Assembly (NCBI GenBank): GCA_040954595.2
Contig: CM082576.2
Coordinates: 16,973,028-17,037,027, forward strand
Direction of reading: 5' to 3'
Length of the DNA stretch: 64,000 nucleotides
Source of the DNA: Balanoglossus misakiensis
Lineage: Eukaryota; Animalia; Hemichordata
Shown: piece by piece, positions 35,278 to 48,474 of the stretch
How the letters are laid out: every line of letters begins with the position of its first letter
Numbering within the stretch: the first letter of the stretch is position 1
Notes under the pieces: generated by a model
What the model saw: the letters and a program-made list of their open reading frames with translations, nothing else
Database searches by the model: none
Told to the model about the DNA's origin: nothing
Position numbers and translations under genes: made by a program

Positions 35278-36574
35278 TAGAACTATCAGTCGATCTACAG
35301 AGTCTACCGGAAAACTTTTTATGCGCTTAGGCCTGTGTGTTCTACGCATCACAACGGAATATGCAAAGAAGGAGGCGCTGTTTGGAAGCAACCATGGATA
35401 TTTTGGAACAATCTGTCGATCTACAGAGTCTAGCGGAAAACTTTTTTATGCGCTTAGGCCTGTGTGTTCTACGCATCACAACGGAATATGCAAAGAAGGA
35501 CGCGGAGTTTGGAAGCAACCATGGATATTTTGGAACAATCTGTCGATCTACAGAGTCTAGCGGAAAACTTTTTTATGCACTTAGGCCTGTGTGTTCTACG
35601 CATCACAACAGAATATTCAAAGAAGGAGATGGTGTTTGGAAGCAACCATGGATATTTTGGAACAATCTGTCGATCTACAGAGTCTAGCGGAAAACTTTCT
35701 TATGCACTTAGGCCTGTGTTCAACGCATCACAACGTAATATGCAATTAATAATGAGACGGAGTTTGGAAGCAACCATGGATATTTTGGAACAATCTGTCG
35801 ATCTACAGCGTCTAGCGGAAAACTTTTTTATGCGCTTAGGCCTGTGTGTTCTACGCATCACAACGGAATATGCAAAGAAGGAGATGGTGTTTGGAAGCAA
35901 CCATGGGTAATTTAGAACAATCTGTCCATCTACAGAGTCTAGCGGAAAACTTTCTTTTTCGCTTAGGCCTGTGTGTTCTGCGCATCACAACGGAATATGC
36001 AATTAATAAGGAGACGGTGTTTGGAAGCAACCATGGGTAATTTAGAACAATCTGTCGATCTACGGAGTCTAGCGGAAAACTTTCTTATGCGCTTAGGCCT
36101 GTGTGTTCTACGCATCAAAAAGGAATATGCAATTATTAAGGAGACGGTGTTTGGAAGCAACCATGGATAATTTAGAACAATCTGTCGATCTACGGAGTCT
36201 AGCGGAAAACATTCTTATGCACTTAGGCCTGTGTGTTCAACGCATCAAAAAGGAATATGCAAATTATGAGACGGTGTTTGGAAGCAACCATGGATAATTT
36301 ATCACTATCTGTCGATCTACAGAGTCTAGCGGAAAACTTTCTTTTTCACCTAGGCCTGTGTGTTCTACGCATCATAACGGAATGTGCAAATAAGGAGACA
36401 GTCTTTGGAAGCAACCATGGGTAATTTAGAACAATCTGTCCATCTACAGAGTCTAGCGGAAAACTTTCTTTAATTTAGAACAATCTGTCGATCTACAGAG
36501 TCTACCGGAAAACTTTCTTAGGCGCTTAGGCCTGTGTGTTCTACGCATCACAACAGAATATGCAAAGAAGGAGA
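35278..36574. repeat. Second tandem satellite, unit 127-130 bp, about 10 diverged copies
   Basis: Recurring TCGATCTACAGAGTCTAGCGGAAAACT, TTAGGCCTGTGTGTTCTACGCATCA and GTTTGGAAGCAACCATGG. Repeated ORF starts are 127 or 130 bp apart. Confidence 0.93.
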
Positions 36575-37710
36575 TGTATCACCCCAATACGTAATAATTA
36601 ACCCAATATGTAATACTAACCCAATATGTAATAACACCTTAACCCAATATGTAATACTTACCCAATATGTAATAATACTTAACCCAATATGTAATACTAA
36701 CCCAATATGTAGTAACACCTTAACCCAATATGTAATAAACTTGAATTCTACATGAAATAACGTTAATTCTACATGAAAAAAACGTTATTAGTTAACCCTA
36801 TATGTAATAAATGTTAATTCTACATGATATAACGTTAATACTACATGAAAAATACGTTATTAGTTAACCCTATATGTAATAAATGTTAACCCTATATGTA
36901 ATAAACTTTAGTTCTACATGAAATAACGTTAATTCTACATGAAAAAAACGTTATTAGTTAACCCTATATGTAATAAACGTTAACCCTATATGTAATAAAC
37001 TTTAACCCAATATGTAACACTTAACCCAATATGTAATACTAACCCAATATGTAGTAACACCTTAACCCAATATGTAATAAACTTGAATTCTACATGAAAT
37101 AACGTTAATTCTACATGAAAAAAAACGTTATTAGTTAACCCTATATGTAATAAATGTTAATTCTACATGATATAACGTTAATACTACATGAAAAATACGT
37201 TATTAGTTAACCCTATATGTAATAAACGTTAACCCTTTATGTAATAAACTTTAGTTCTACATGAAATAACGTTAATTCTACATGAAAAAAACGTTATTAG
37301 TTAACCCTATATGTAATAAACATTAACCCTATATGTAATAAACTTTAACCCAATATGTAACACTAACCCAATATGTAATAACACCTTAACCCAATATGTA
37401 ATAACACTGCCCTAATGTATTTTAATACTAAGCTAAATGAAATACACCAAATCAATATGAAATTATATCTGAATATGAATTAAAATCCTTACTAAACATG
37501 TTTTAAAACTAAACTCAATGTTTTTCATTAACCAAATATGTAATAACACTTTAACCCAATATGTAATACTAACCCAATATGTAATAACACCTTAACCCAA
37601 TATGTAATACTAACCCAATATGTAATAACACCTTAACCCAATATGTAATACTAACCCTAATGTAATAACACTTTAACCCAATATGTAATAACACTGCCCT
37701 AATGTGTTTG
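36575..37710 (+). repeat. AT-rich AACCCAATATGTAATA minisatellite-bearing element, truncated copy
   Basis: Starts TGTATCACCCCAATA, as do copies at 38951 and 39408. Dozens of 17-22-bp units and an internal ~340-bp duplication. Confidence 0.8.
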
Positions 37711-37819
37711 AATATGTGATATTAACCCAATAGAGTTGAAGTAAAACTCAAGTCTTTATAAAAGTAGTGAAATCAAGTTGTGTACGCATGCGTGACATCA
37801 ACATATTGTCTCAGATGGA

Positions 37820-37985
37820 AGCTTCCAGACATATACAGAGAATACCCAGGACACATAATTGACATGGAAAATTTCCAAATTTTAGACAGAGAATCTGATG
37901 TATTAATGAAGCCATATACATCAGGACACTTCAACCCTCACTTGTAGAGATGGGGGCGGGGTTACACTTTACCTCCGTGCACACT
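37820..37985 (+). mobile_element. Degenerate Penelope-like retroelement fragment (GIY-YIG endonuclease C-terminal region)
   Basis: Reading across frameshifts gives REYPGHIIDMENFQILDRESD / NEAIYIRTLQPSL / RDGG / YTLPP, matching the H-x-I-D...ILDxE...EAIYI...PxLNRDxG pattern of Penelope-type elements. Confidence 0.7.
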
Positions 37986-38248
37986 ACTTGCCCGTCAAAA
38001 GTGAAGCAGATACTGATATTGAACGCCTTACGCGTCAAGTATACCTTTCTTAATTTTGAAGTCCAAAAGCGGGGGAGGGGGGGTCATCTTTTTTTTAAAA
38101 ACGTTTAGGGGGTTCACATATTTTTGCCACAAAACTTGTGCTTTTGAGTCCACAAAATTGCAGTTTCGCACCCTTTATTTTACAAAATTTTCTAATCCCC
38201 AGCGTACCCCCGCGGCCTCCCCACCTCGGGTGATACGGGACAAATGTG

Positions 38249-40655
38249 GGGAATTAGCCCAGTGGTTGCAGTCCCCGGATGGGTGGATCCGTATACTAAC
38301 AGCCGATAGTAATAGTTTTTGCAAAATATAGCATAAAGCTAGAGGTTCAAACAACAAAATTTACCTTGATTTCATGTGGATGTAAAGGTTAGGTAAATCT
38401 ATCACTATGTTAACTTTACCAGGACTATCAAATTCTAGGTCCCGGAACTTGCAAGTAATTCGTTGGGTTAAGCAGGAAGTATGTTAAACAATAGGGTTTC
38501 CCCCTCTATCACCACCGCTATTGAAAATAGATGAAACAATATTATGGTCTTTTCCCAGAAAGACAAATGTACCCCCCCCCCCCCCCCCCCGTAAAAAAAA
38601 AATACAAGCCACCTTTACCATTACATATTGGGTTAAGTGTTATTACATATTGGGTTAATGAAAAGCATTGAGTTTAGTTTTAAAACATGTTTAGTAAGGA
38701 TTTTAATTCATATTCAGATATAATTTCATATTGATTTGGTGTATTTCATTTAGCTTAGCATTAAAATACATTAGGGCAGTGTTATTACATATTGGGTTAA
38801 GGTGTTATTACATATTGGGTTAGTATTACATATTGGGTTAAGGTGTTATTACATATTGGGTTAGTGTTACATATTGGGTTAAGTGTTATTACATATTGGG
38901 TTAGTGTTACATATTGGGTTAAAGTTTATTACATATAGGGTTAAAGTTTATGTATCACCTCAATATGTAATAATTAACCCAATATGTAATACTAACCCAA
39001 TATGTAATAACACCTTAACCCAATATGTAATACTAACCCAATATGTAATAACACTTAACCCAATATGTAATACTAACCCAATATGTAATAACACTTAACC
39101 CAATATGTAATAAACTTTAATTCTACATGTAATAAACGTTATCACCTAGATGCATATGTAATAAACGTTAACCCTATATGTTATAAACTTGAATTTTACA
39201 TGAAATAAACGTTTTCAGTTAACCCTATATGCATAAACGTTAACCCAATATGTAATAAACTTTAGTTCTACATGAAATAACGTTAATTCTACATGAAAAA
39301 ATACGTTATTAGTTAACCCTATATGTAATAAACTTTAATTCTACATGAAATAACGTTAATTCTACATGAAAAAACGTTATTAATTAACCCTATATGTAAT
39401 AAACCTTTGTATCACCCCAATATGTAATAATTAACCCAATATGTAATACTAACCCAATATGTAATAACACCTTAACCCAATATGTAATACTAACCCAATA
39501 TGTAATAACACCTTAACCCAATATGTAATAAACTTTAATTCTACATGTAATAAACGTTAACCCGATATGTTATAAACTTGAATTTTACATGAAATAAACA
39601 TTTTCAGTTAACCCTATATGTAATAAACGTTAACCCTATATGTAATAAACTTTAATTATACATGAAATAACATTAATTCTACATAAAAAAAACGTTCTTA
39701 GTTAACCCTATATGTAATAAACGTTAACCCTATATGTAATAAACTTTAGTTCTACATGAAATAACGTTAATTCTACATGAAAAAATATGTTATTAGTTAA
39801 CCTTATATGTAATAAACGTTAACCCTATATGTAATAAACTTTAGTTCTACATGAAATAACGTTAATTCTACGTGAAAAAATATGTTATTAGTTAACCCTA
39901 TATGTAATAAACGTTAACCCTTTATGTAATAAACTTTAATTCTACATGAAATAACTTTAATTCTACATGAAACAATACGTTATTAGTTAACCCTATATGT
40001 AATAAATTTTAACCCAATATGTAACACTAACCCAATATGTAATAACACTTAACCCAATATGTAACACTAACCCAATATGTAATAACACCTTAACCCAATA
40101 TGTAATACTAACCCAATATGTAATAACACTGCCCTAATGTATTTTAATGCTAAGCTAAATGAAATACACCAAATCATTATGAAATTATATCTGAATATGA
40201 ATATTAAAATCCTTACTAAACATGTTTTAAAACTAAACTCAATGTTTTTCATTAACCCAATATGTAATAACACTTAACCCAATATGTAATGGTAAAGGTG
40301 GCTTGTATTTGTTTTACGGGGGGGGGGGGGGGGGGGGTACATTTGTCTTTCTGGGAAAAGACCATAATATTATTTCATCTATTTTCAATAGAGGTGGTGA
40401 TAGAGGGGGAAACCCTATTGTTTAACATACTTCCCGCTTAACCCAACGAATTACTTGCAAGTTCCGGTAGCATTTGATAGTCCTGGTAAAGTTAACATAG
40501 TGATAGATTTACCTAACCTTTACATCCACATGAAATCAAGGTAAATTTTGTTGTTTGAACCTCTAGCTTTATGCTATATTTCGCAAAACTATTATTATCG
40601 GCTGTTAGTATACTGATCCACCTTCTGGGGGACTGCAACCACCGGGCTAATTCCC
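38249..40655. repeat. Large inverted repeat formed by oppositely oriented copies of the AT-rich element
   Basis: 38249-~38945 is the reverse complement of ~40000-40655, including unique sequence and a poly-C/poly-G tract. The spacer is the same minisatellite. Confidence 0.85.
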
Positions 40656-40722
40656 GAGCTGTCGCATTACATCAAATACAGTGATGACTTAATCATTCTG
40701 GCATGGGGGTGGACAGGAGGAC

Positions 40723-42167
40723 GGCTAGTTATACTTTGCGAAACAACGAAACAGCGAAACGACGAAACCATTATTAAAATAGGGGCCAGTCATCAAGACG
40801 GTGGCGTATGATTTTTTTAAAAGTTTCCAAATTAAAACGTAAGCGAGCCAAGAAAACTACAGGTCAGATAAATTGTTTTCTCGGAAATTCAACATTAGAA
40901 TCAAATTTGGCGTTGGAAACAAACGGCGGGTCGCCAGTTCCTGGTCTGGGGCCTGGTACTAGTGGTTGCGCGCCAAAAAAGAATCCCGCCCCAAAAGGTC
41001 AATGTACGAGTATATTCACAGGGCTAAGGATTAGTTGAAACAAAGCAGTAGTGTCCGTAAGCTTTCGAGGGTCAAACACTGATGGGGGGTAAGAGTAGTA
41101 GTTATATATAGAAACACATGTAACTCACACAACACAGTATCATTGTCGAAATTTCTTTATTATCTTACTAGTAATTGCAATTCATGCCTCCCCGCCTTGT
41201 GGTATTTAAAGGTCTCATGTCATGCTTTGGAAAGTTTTCATTTTTCCACGTCAAAAGCTCACCTAGGGTACCTGTCTATGCATTGCCTATTGTGTCGGTT
41301 CTGAAAAATGTGCACGAATGCCGGAATTTGCCACCTTTTTTCATGCCTGTGATCAGGGAGCCACTTCGCACTCGAGCCAGGCGAAGGTATTTGCATATGG
41401 ACAAACAAGTACACTATGTCCTAGTGTACCATTCTGCTAACAGTAAAGTGTAATTAGCAGTCCATGAGTAATTAAGTCCACAGACAAAGACAAGCTATAT
41501 AAACAGTGTTCAAAGCAAAGGAAGCCCTTGCCTCACATTACAGGCAGAGGATTTACGAAGGTGTGAAAGACTATTTGTCCACATCAAGATAAGTCTTCGA
41601 CTGAACTCCGAAAAGCCGAAAAAACTCGACTGAGTTGGGTTAGGGTACACACCCACCCGCCACTTTTACTTGCTTGTTATCTAAGCACAAGGGGCAAAAC
41701 GCATTGCAGGATAGTAACATACGTTAACTTCAAGACCCAAATAGTGATTTTACGCGTGGTTGTATAGGGCATGGCATGAGACCTTTAAGGAAATAGTGTC
41801 AGTTGCTGCCGCATTTTGAGGTTTCGATCTTCTGTGGTTTCGTTGTGCGCGCGCGTATATTCACTGTGTGTATGTAGCAGTTTGGCATGAATCGTTTGCG
41901 CGCACACGACGTCGACTCTACCACTACATAGTACCAGGCCGCAGACCAGGAACTGGCGACCCGCCGTTTGTTTCCAACGCCAAATTTGATTCTAATGTTG
42001 AATTTCCGAGAAAACAATTTATCTGAACTGTAGTTTTCTTGGCTCGCTTACGTTTTAATTTGGAAACTTTAAAAAAAATCATACGCCACCGTCTTGATGA
42101 CTGGCCCCTATTTTAATAATGGTTTCGTCGTTTCGCTGTTTCGTTGTTTCGCAAAATATAACTAGCC
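40723..42167. mobile_element. Non-autonomous Mutator-like (MULE) DNA transposon, 1445 bp
   Basis: About 240-bp TIRs starting GGCTAGTTATA. Perfect 9-bp TSD CAGGAGGAC at 40714-40722 and 42168-42176. No transposase ORF. Confidence 0.88.
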
Positions 42168-42807
42168 CAGGAGGACAGCCTCCTGTCAAACTCTGTAGAG
42201 AAGTCCTGCTTGTCAAACCTTGTTATAAAATAATGTCAGAAGATCAGAAGCCAATGATTGAGAATCTGAAGGAGATAAAACTCTGAGTACACTGCTTTGA
42301 CCTGACATTTTTTTTTCAAATACTGAAAAGCTTTTTGGAACATGATTTCGTAGACATTAAGGTACATTGGTGTTTGTGGGTGCTCCATACCCGAGAGGGC
42401 ATTCATTTTGAGACTAATAATGATAGCTCTGATCCTGCCAACCCAAGACTCATGCAAATCAAAACTAGTGTGTATAATATACCGCTCACACAGTGATTGA
42501 AATGGCATTTGACCTTAAAGGTATACAGTCACCTACAATTTACATACGCCCATATATGGCTGAAAATGACGTATTTGAGGGTTCTAAATAGCATAAAGTG
42601 GCGCTCTTTCTTTTTGCGAATGCCATGCACTGAAAATCCGTGATAGGCTAGATCTCAAGTTAACCATGGTAACTGTAGCTAAATTTCCATAGGTGACCCT
42701 ATAACTTTAACCCTCCTTCTCCTCTCCCCTCCCCTCAACATTGTTGTGTCTGGAGCCCACACTGAAACTAATTTTACTTTCCGAACAATGTTCTTGTCAC
42801 TTTTTGA

Positions 42808-43095
42808 TTTTTAGGTCCCATTGGTTGGGACCTTATGGGATCGGTTGCATCTGTATGTACCGGTATGTATGTATGGATGGATGTACCGGTATGTCCGTCC
42901 ACATCAAAAACTTGAAAACCGCTGCGTGTATCACCTTGATATTTGGTGTACAGATGCAGGCTGGGCTGTAGATTGGAGTTTGTTCAAATGAAGTTGTCAT
43001 TGCCAAAAATATGCAAATTAACTGGAAAATGTGAATTTGGTCAAAACTCAGTAACTCAAGTACTACTGGTCAGATTGCTTTGCAAAGGGTGTGTA
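42808..43095 (+). mobile_element. Helentron/DINE-like non-autonomous repeat
   Basis: T-run, then AGGTCCCA...GGGACCT hairpin, (GTAT)n microsatellite and a conserved core. Homologous to 58427-58735 and partially to 61307-61490. Confidence 0.6.
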
Positions 43096-43231
43096 TTTAC
43101 TTTATTGAATTCTTTGTAATTATAGGCAGGAACACCCTCCAGATATTTATATTGCAAATTCCTGCATGATTACATAACTGGCTAACTTTTTAAGAGACCA
43201 GCTGTTCTATTTAGTGTATGTACAGTACATA

Positions 43232-46200
43232 CACTACAGACTGAATGTCCTGTTCTACCTGGCGCGCCTGCTCCTGAACGCAGCAAGCCAGGTGGCTCGC
43301 CTGGCTCGCCAGGCCCGGTGAGCGTGTTTGCTGAGCGCGCCAGGCTTGAATCCTGAATATTCATGAGCTACCTGGCTTGCATGGCCAGCCGGGTCACAGG
43401 AAGCTCGCTTGTTTACCTGGCGCGCTAGACTTGCTCCTTGTCTATGGGCTTCATTATGTGTAGGGAACGCGTAGGCCCACGCTAGCACTTCGTGTTTCTT
43501 GCTAACAGGGGATTAGCCCGCAGAATCTGTGTGCGTCCACACTCTAAACGGACATAATGAGATCAGCGCCGTCTAAATGGCAATGTTTAGGAACACGGCA
43601 ACTAACAAAAAATGAGGACGTCGCGGACATGTAATTGCAACATATCTCAGTTTCTATATGTACCTGGATTTGCGTTCTAGACGACTTTGTCGTCTTCTTC
43701 ATGACCGTTTTGATATCGTTTAGAAGTACTGGATGTTAATCCACAAATCGAAAACGCCTCGTCTTTTCGGCGATCGAAAGAACCCAAAGTTGGTGGCAGA
43801 CAGAAGTGTTGCAGACCCGGCTAACCGCGAGTGGCTAGAAAACCACTCGTTAGATTGACTCAACAATGGAAACTGACCCAAGACAATAGGTTACCTAGAT
43901 AAACATAATCAAAAGTCACCACAGGGTTGTGCTTTGCGTTCTCACTGTATATTTGCTTCGGTCTGGATCTGAACCACCCGTCATCGCTGTCGAAAATTAA
44001 CACCGGCGCAGCACAGGCGAAAAGCATTCTCAAATATTTTTCCCCGTCGGAGTCGTATCTGGATCGTTGCTACACCGGTACTACACCATTGAAAACGTTA
44101 ATCAATGTACAACTCTCCTTCTCAACATAAGTTTTATTTCAGACTAGGCATTCAGGGAGGGGCGTTTAATTCACTACGAACAAAATGTGTCCGTTGTCAG
44201 TGTTAGTTTTCTTTATTAAGCATTTAAAACACAATTACACTACACATTAGTTGTACAAATGCAAGGGAACATTTCCTTTCTGAACGAGAGAATGACAATC
44301 CGACAAACATGCTGATAAAGCCCCCCCCCCCCCAAAAAAAAAAAAAAAAAAACATCAACGGCGGAGAGCTTTATCGATCGATTGCCTTGATGCACTGTTT
44401 GACCACACGTCGCGCTCGGCGGATCGCGGAAAATCGTGGGATTATATTACCATGGCCTGTGCGTCGCATTTTACAATGTAATTGGTCGAGATGAACGACG
44501 TCACTGACCACAAATACTCAGTAATGGTTTATTTACATGCCTGTAAATCTGAATAGTAATATTAGCAAACAGTTCAGTGAATACAACATTTTGCGTAACA
44601 CAAGTTCCGGGGCCCCTAGTGGGACATTTTCGTAAATTTTGACGGTTTTCTTGATTTTGTTGGTAATATAATGGAAATAACCGACTCCGCCCTGACCATA
44701 AACGTTTGTTTATGGGCGCGGGCTCGAGGAAAGCCCAAATTCATGGGCTCGGAAGCCTCGTTAATGGTCAGGGCGTCGTCCATTATTTCTAAAATATTTT
44801 CGGAAAGTTGCTCCTTCAACTTTCTTAAGCCTTCTGGGACTTAACTTCAATTTCTGTTTGGTACCCCCAAACACACGCCCTGTGCAATTACGTCCGGCGC
44901 GTTCACTCGGCGAATAAACCATAAACAAAGTTGCCTATAGAGCAACTTACGACCTTACACCGGTCTATATATGATTCTGGTATGAGAACATCCCCGGTGA
45001 TAGGAGGGAACCATAGTGGAGGCGGAGAAGTCTCAATCATCCCCGCTGTCTGCGGAGACGTGAGAATCGGCTGTACTGCCGGCTGTAGTGTAGTTTGGAA
45101 CGGTGGTGTAATATCAGCGGCTGGGCGTGGTGGAATCGGCGGGGGCATGATCATAGTGCCTGATCGAATGACTTGAACGATCGTTACACACATTATTGTC
45201 GCGGTGAACGGACGCGCGTATACGTGTTGTCGATCACAGACAACAGTGTGGTCGATACTCTGATTGATTTGTCGTAGTTTCTCTGTTTGGGAAATGGATG
45301 AAGTCACATTATTGTGCTTTGTAAGACGCAAATTACAATACTAGTATGTATCTAATATTTGAGTCATAGATTGTTCTTGTTTTCATGAGCCTGACACTCA
45401 GAACTATGACCCTAGGATCCTAGTGACCGGCGCATCAAATTGTATTTTTAAAACAAACCACAGACAAAAATGTACTGACTTCAGAAGTTTTTGTTCATTG
45501 AGTTCACACATATTTTATTGTACTGACGAACAAAAAGGTGATAACAACCTGAAGAACGTGGCTGGCCGAGCATAAACATGTAACACCCGTGGACGCTGGG
45601 AGATACAGTACAGATAAAGCGGGTAGATTTTTACTCTGAAACAAAGATAAGTTTTAATAGATGCAGTGTATCACTATTTCCTAAATTTACATCACGACCG
45701 CGCAACGTAACTGCGGTCCATTGCATGTAAGTGTGCGGGCATCTACACCAAAAACAGCGACACGGTGCCGTTACAATTATTCCAGCTAAATATAAACACA
45801 AGAAAACACGAATCGCGATCTGTGGATTCCCTGGATATGATTTTGAATCTGCAATAGATTGGAGATCATGTTGAGGAAAAAAACTTGATCGCACAAATTA
45901 GTGAAAAATACATTTATGAGGTAGCTGGTACGATCCTACTGACCAAAGGCTACCTCCCGGGGCCCACCCCATTCACACCTGTGATTTACTAATGTGCAGG
46001 CTAGTCGTCAGTAGGCTTTCTTTTTCCTGTTATGCAGATTATTCTTCATTGTTGATTTCATACGAGTATCAATGGGTATGACTGCTCGCAGTATACTCTC
46101 GGGCTTGATTGTTCCGACTTTTTCGTCCATAATTCTGACTACGTCCGCGACCCTTGTGGAGTGACCGTGATTCAACCAAGCGAAAATAGCTACCCATCAC

Positions 46201-48244
46201 TCTAATTATTGCAGCTATGCTAGTTATAAACACAATCGCAATATTGATCGTGACATAGGCCATATATACTTTTAAATTTAAAAGGAAAAAGGAAACTTTT
46301 ACTTTTGATGCATTAATTTACGAGCAGTGATTTAAGTGTGAAAAATAAAAGTACGTTCGAAGCCCTCGCTGTTTCTTCTGACAGCGGTATAGCCGCAGCG
46401 GGTTTTCCCGCTCTGCACTCGGATAGAAAGCAGAAATTAATGTAAGGAAAATCCACAATGTCTGACAGGTTACAGGTAGTAACTCGGATAGAAAGCAGAA
46501 ATGTAAGGAAAATCCACAATGTCTGACAGGTGGTCAGTTTGTACAATGAGTAACTCTCATGACGAATCCTTTTCGAAAGAGACCGCTTCAAATTGGGAGA
46601 AACAATTAGGTGTTAACGATAATGGCGTTGCTTTGTTGTTTTTTCTGTGCTGAAAGGCATTTTTGTATTTGGGTAAAGAAAATTGTGTACAAATTATTAC
46701 ACGTCACATTTGTCGACTCCTGTATTTCAAAACACACAGTACCACAAACGAGAGCAAAGTTCGGTCGTATTTAATGTACAAAGGATCTTTTCCTTTTTGT
46801 TGTTGTTGCTCGATAGATCATTATTCAGAAGGTCTATTTGAACATGCACGTCTCTATGGCTTCTCAGTGTACATGTATATATAGACTGTGCCGTGTCGAT
46901 GGTTCCTGGTCATTTGTTCGTATGGCAACGAGTTTCAATAAGTTATATTTGTATATCGAGAGAGTGTGTTCTGCATTGAAGTTTCCGCCCCAAGCACTAG
47001 ATTACTGAATAAATTCAGAGCTGATTCTCGACTTTAGTAGTTCCGACATCGATGCATTTTCCCGTTTTGCTGTTTATTTGTACTTGAGGACATTTTATTC
47101 TACTCTGATGTGACTTGCTGTATAGTTTGTAACATTTATGTAAACTCAAAATTTTCCCTATTATTTTTCACATTTTTTAAAATAAAAAAAATGTTACTTC
47201 ACAATAGTGTCATACATGTATGTGTGCACCTGTATCTAACCATGGAGGTACCTCCATGATCTAACTCACTGACGGTGAGTTTAAGATCTACTTAAACTGG
47301 CATTGAATATGGCTGGAGTCCATGCAATTGTTTGACAGAATGAACACAAGCTAGACATTTCATATTTCTTCAGGAGTGCTTTTTTGATGCGGATTGTATG
47401 TTGTATGTTGCATGGAGGTAGGACGGAAAGGAACTACACCTGCTACTGTTGTTTTTGAGGCAAGTCAGTGATTCCACTTGTTTACCGAGTAAACACGACT
47501 GTTTATTGGCAAGGCTACTCGCATGTGGCTGACAACAAAAGGAAATCAATAAAATAAAAGATACACACGAAGAATGCAATCAGAACACAATATACATTCT
47601 ACTGTTTTGAGAATATCCATCTAATTTACCAGGCGATGAAACAGGTAGAGAGTCCCTGAGTCAGACCATAGCTACGCACGATTGTACAATCATGTAAACA
47701 AACATGGCGTCGATCGACGACATCACATCACGTAGAGAGATCGAGTCACAGTCCGATCGAGGTGGTACCTCAGGCAAATGCGAACGATCTTACATGTTTG
47801 CTAACTTTGATGATTAGGTTGCAATGATCAATCTAGGCCCGATCAAGAAGACTGAGCTAGAATTTGTCGTGGTAAACCATGACACATTGATTACATCTCG
47901 GAAACATGCAGACACACACGAAACGTCTATTATTAAATTTATTCCGGTGACATGCTAGCCCAATTCTTAACTCCAGAATTCTCAAACATGCCTTCTTCTC
48001 ATTCTAAGACTGACAGACTTCTCATGTGTTCATTCGGGCCCGCCAAACACAGCAAGCGCAGCGGGCCCATGGGCTAGCTGGGCCCGGTGGGCCCGAATGC
48101 GGGCCCACCAAACACATTTAATTAGCAAGCCCTGCGGGCCCATGGGCCTGCTGGGCCCGGAGGGACCGAGCCCCCTGGCGCGCGCAGCAAGCCACTGAGC
48201 GCGCCCGGCAAGCGCGCCATGTGCAGGACATTCAGTCTGTAGTG
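43232..48244. mobile_element. CACTA/EnSpm non-autonomous element, 5013 bp
   Basis: Perfect 21-bp TIR CACTACAGACTGAATGTCCTG (43232-43252 and 48224-48244). TA on both flanks. GC-rich subterminal repeats (GGCGCGC, GCAGCAAGCC, GGGCCC) at both ends. No recognisable transposase. Confidence 0.8.
44440..44791 (-). mobile_element. Inverted copy of the 34884-35277 repeat, nested in the CACTA element
   Basis: CGTTAATGGTCAGGGCGTCGTCCATT and AATTGGTCGAGATGAACGACGTCACTGACC are reverse complements of blocks in 34891-35250. Confidence 0.7.
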
Positions 48245-48474
48245 TATGCCATTGGCAGCTTGTGGGTCAGTCAGTGTTTGCCCATTGATCTCTCGCTATG
48301 TGTGTGTCTGTCTGTCTGTCTGTATATGGCCATGTACTCCGGTGTAGACTTTTTCTTGACAATGTGTAATCCCTCAATGGGACCACCGTGTCCTTGACGC
48401 AATTTTTTCTTGTGCTGTTGTTAACCAATAGGAGGGACACCAAAATGATACTGTGTCATTATAGCCAAATGACT

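Noticed and set aside
35321-36755. Repetitive ORFs suggesting a repeat protein
   Set aside because: The 127/130-bp units shift frame each copy and stops are frequent; this is non-coding satellite.
37985-38045. Hammerhead ribozyme after the Penelope-like fragment
   Set aside because: Only CTGATA is present; there is no CTGANGA...GAAA core with supporting stems.
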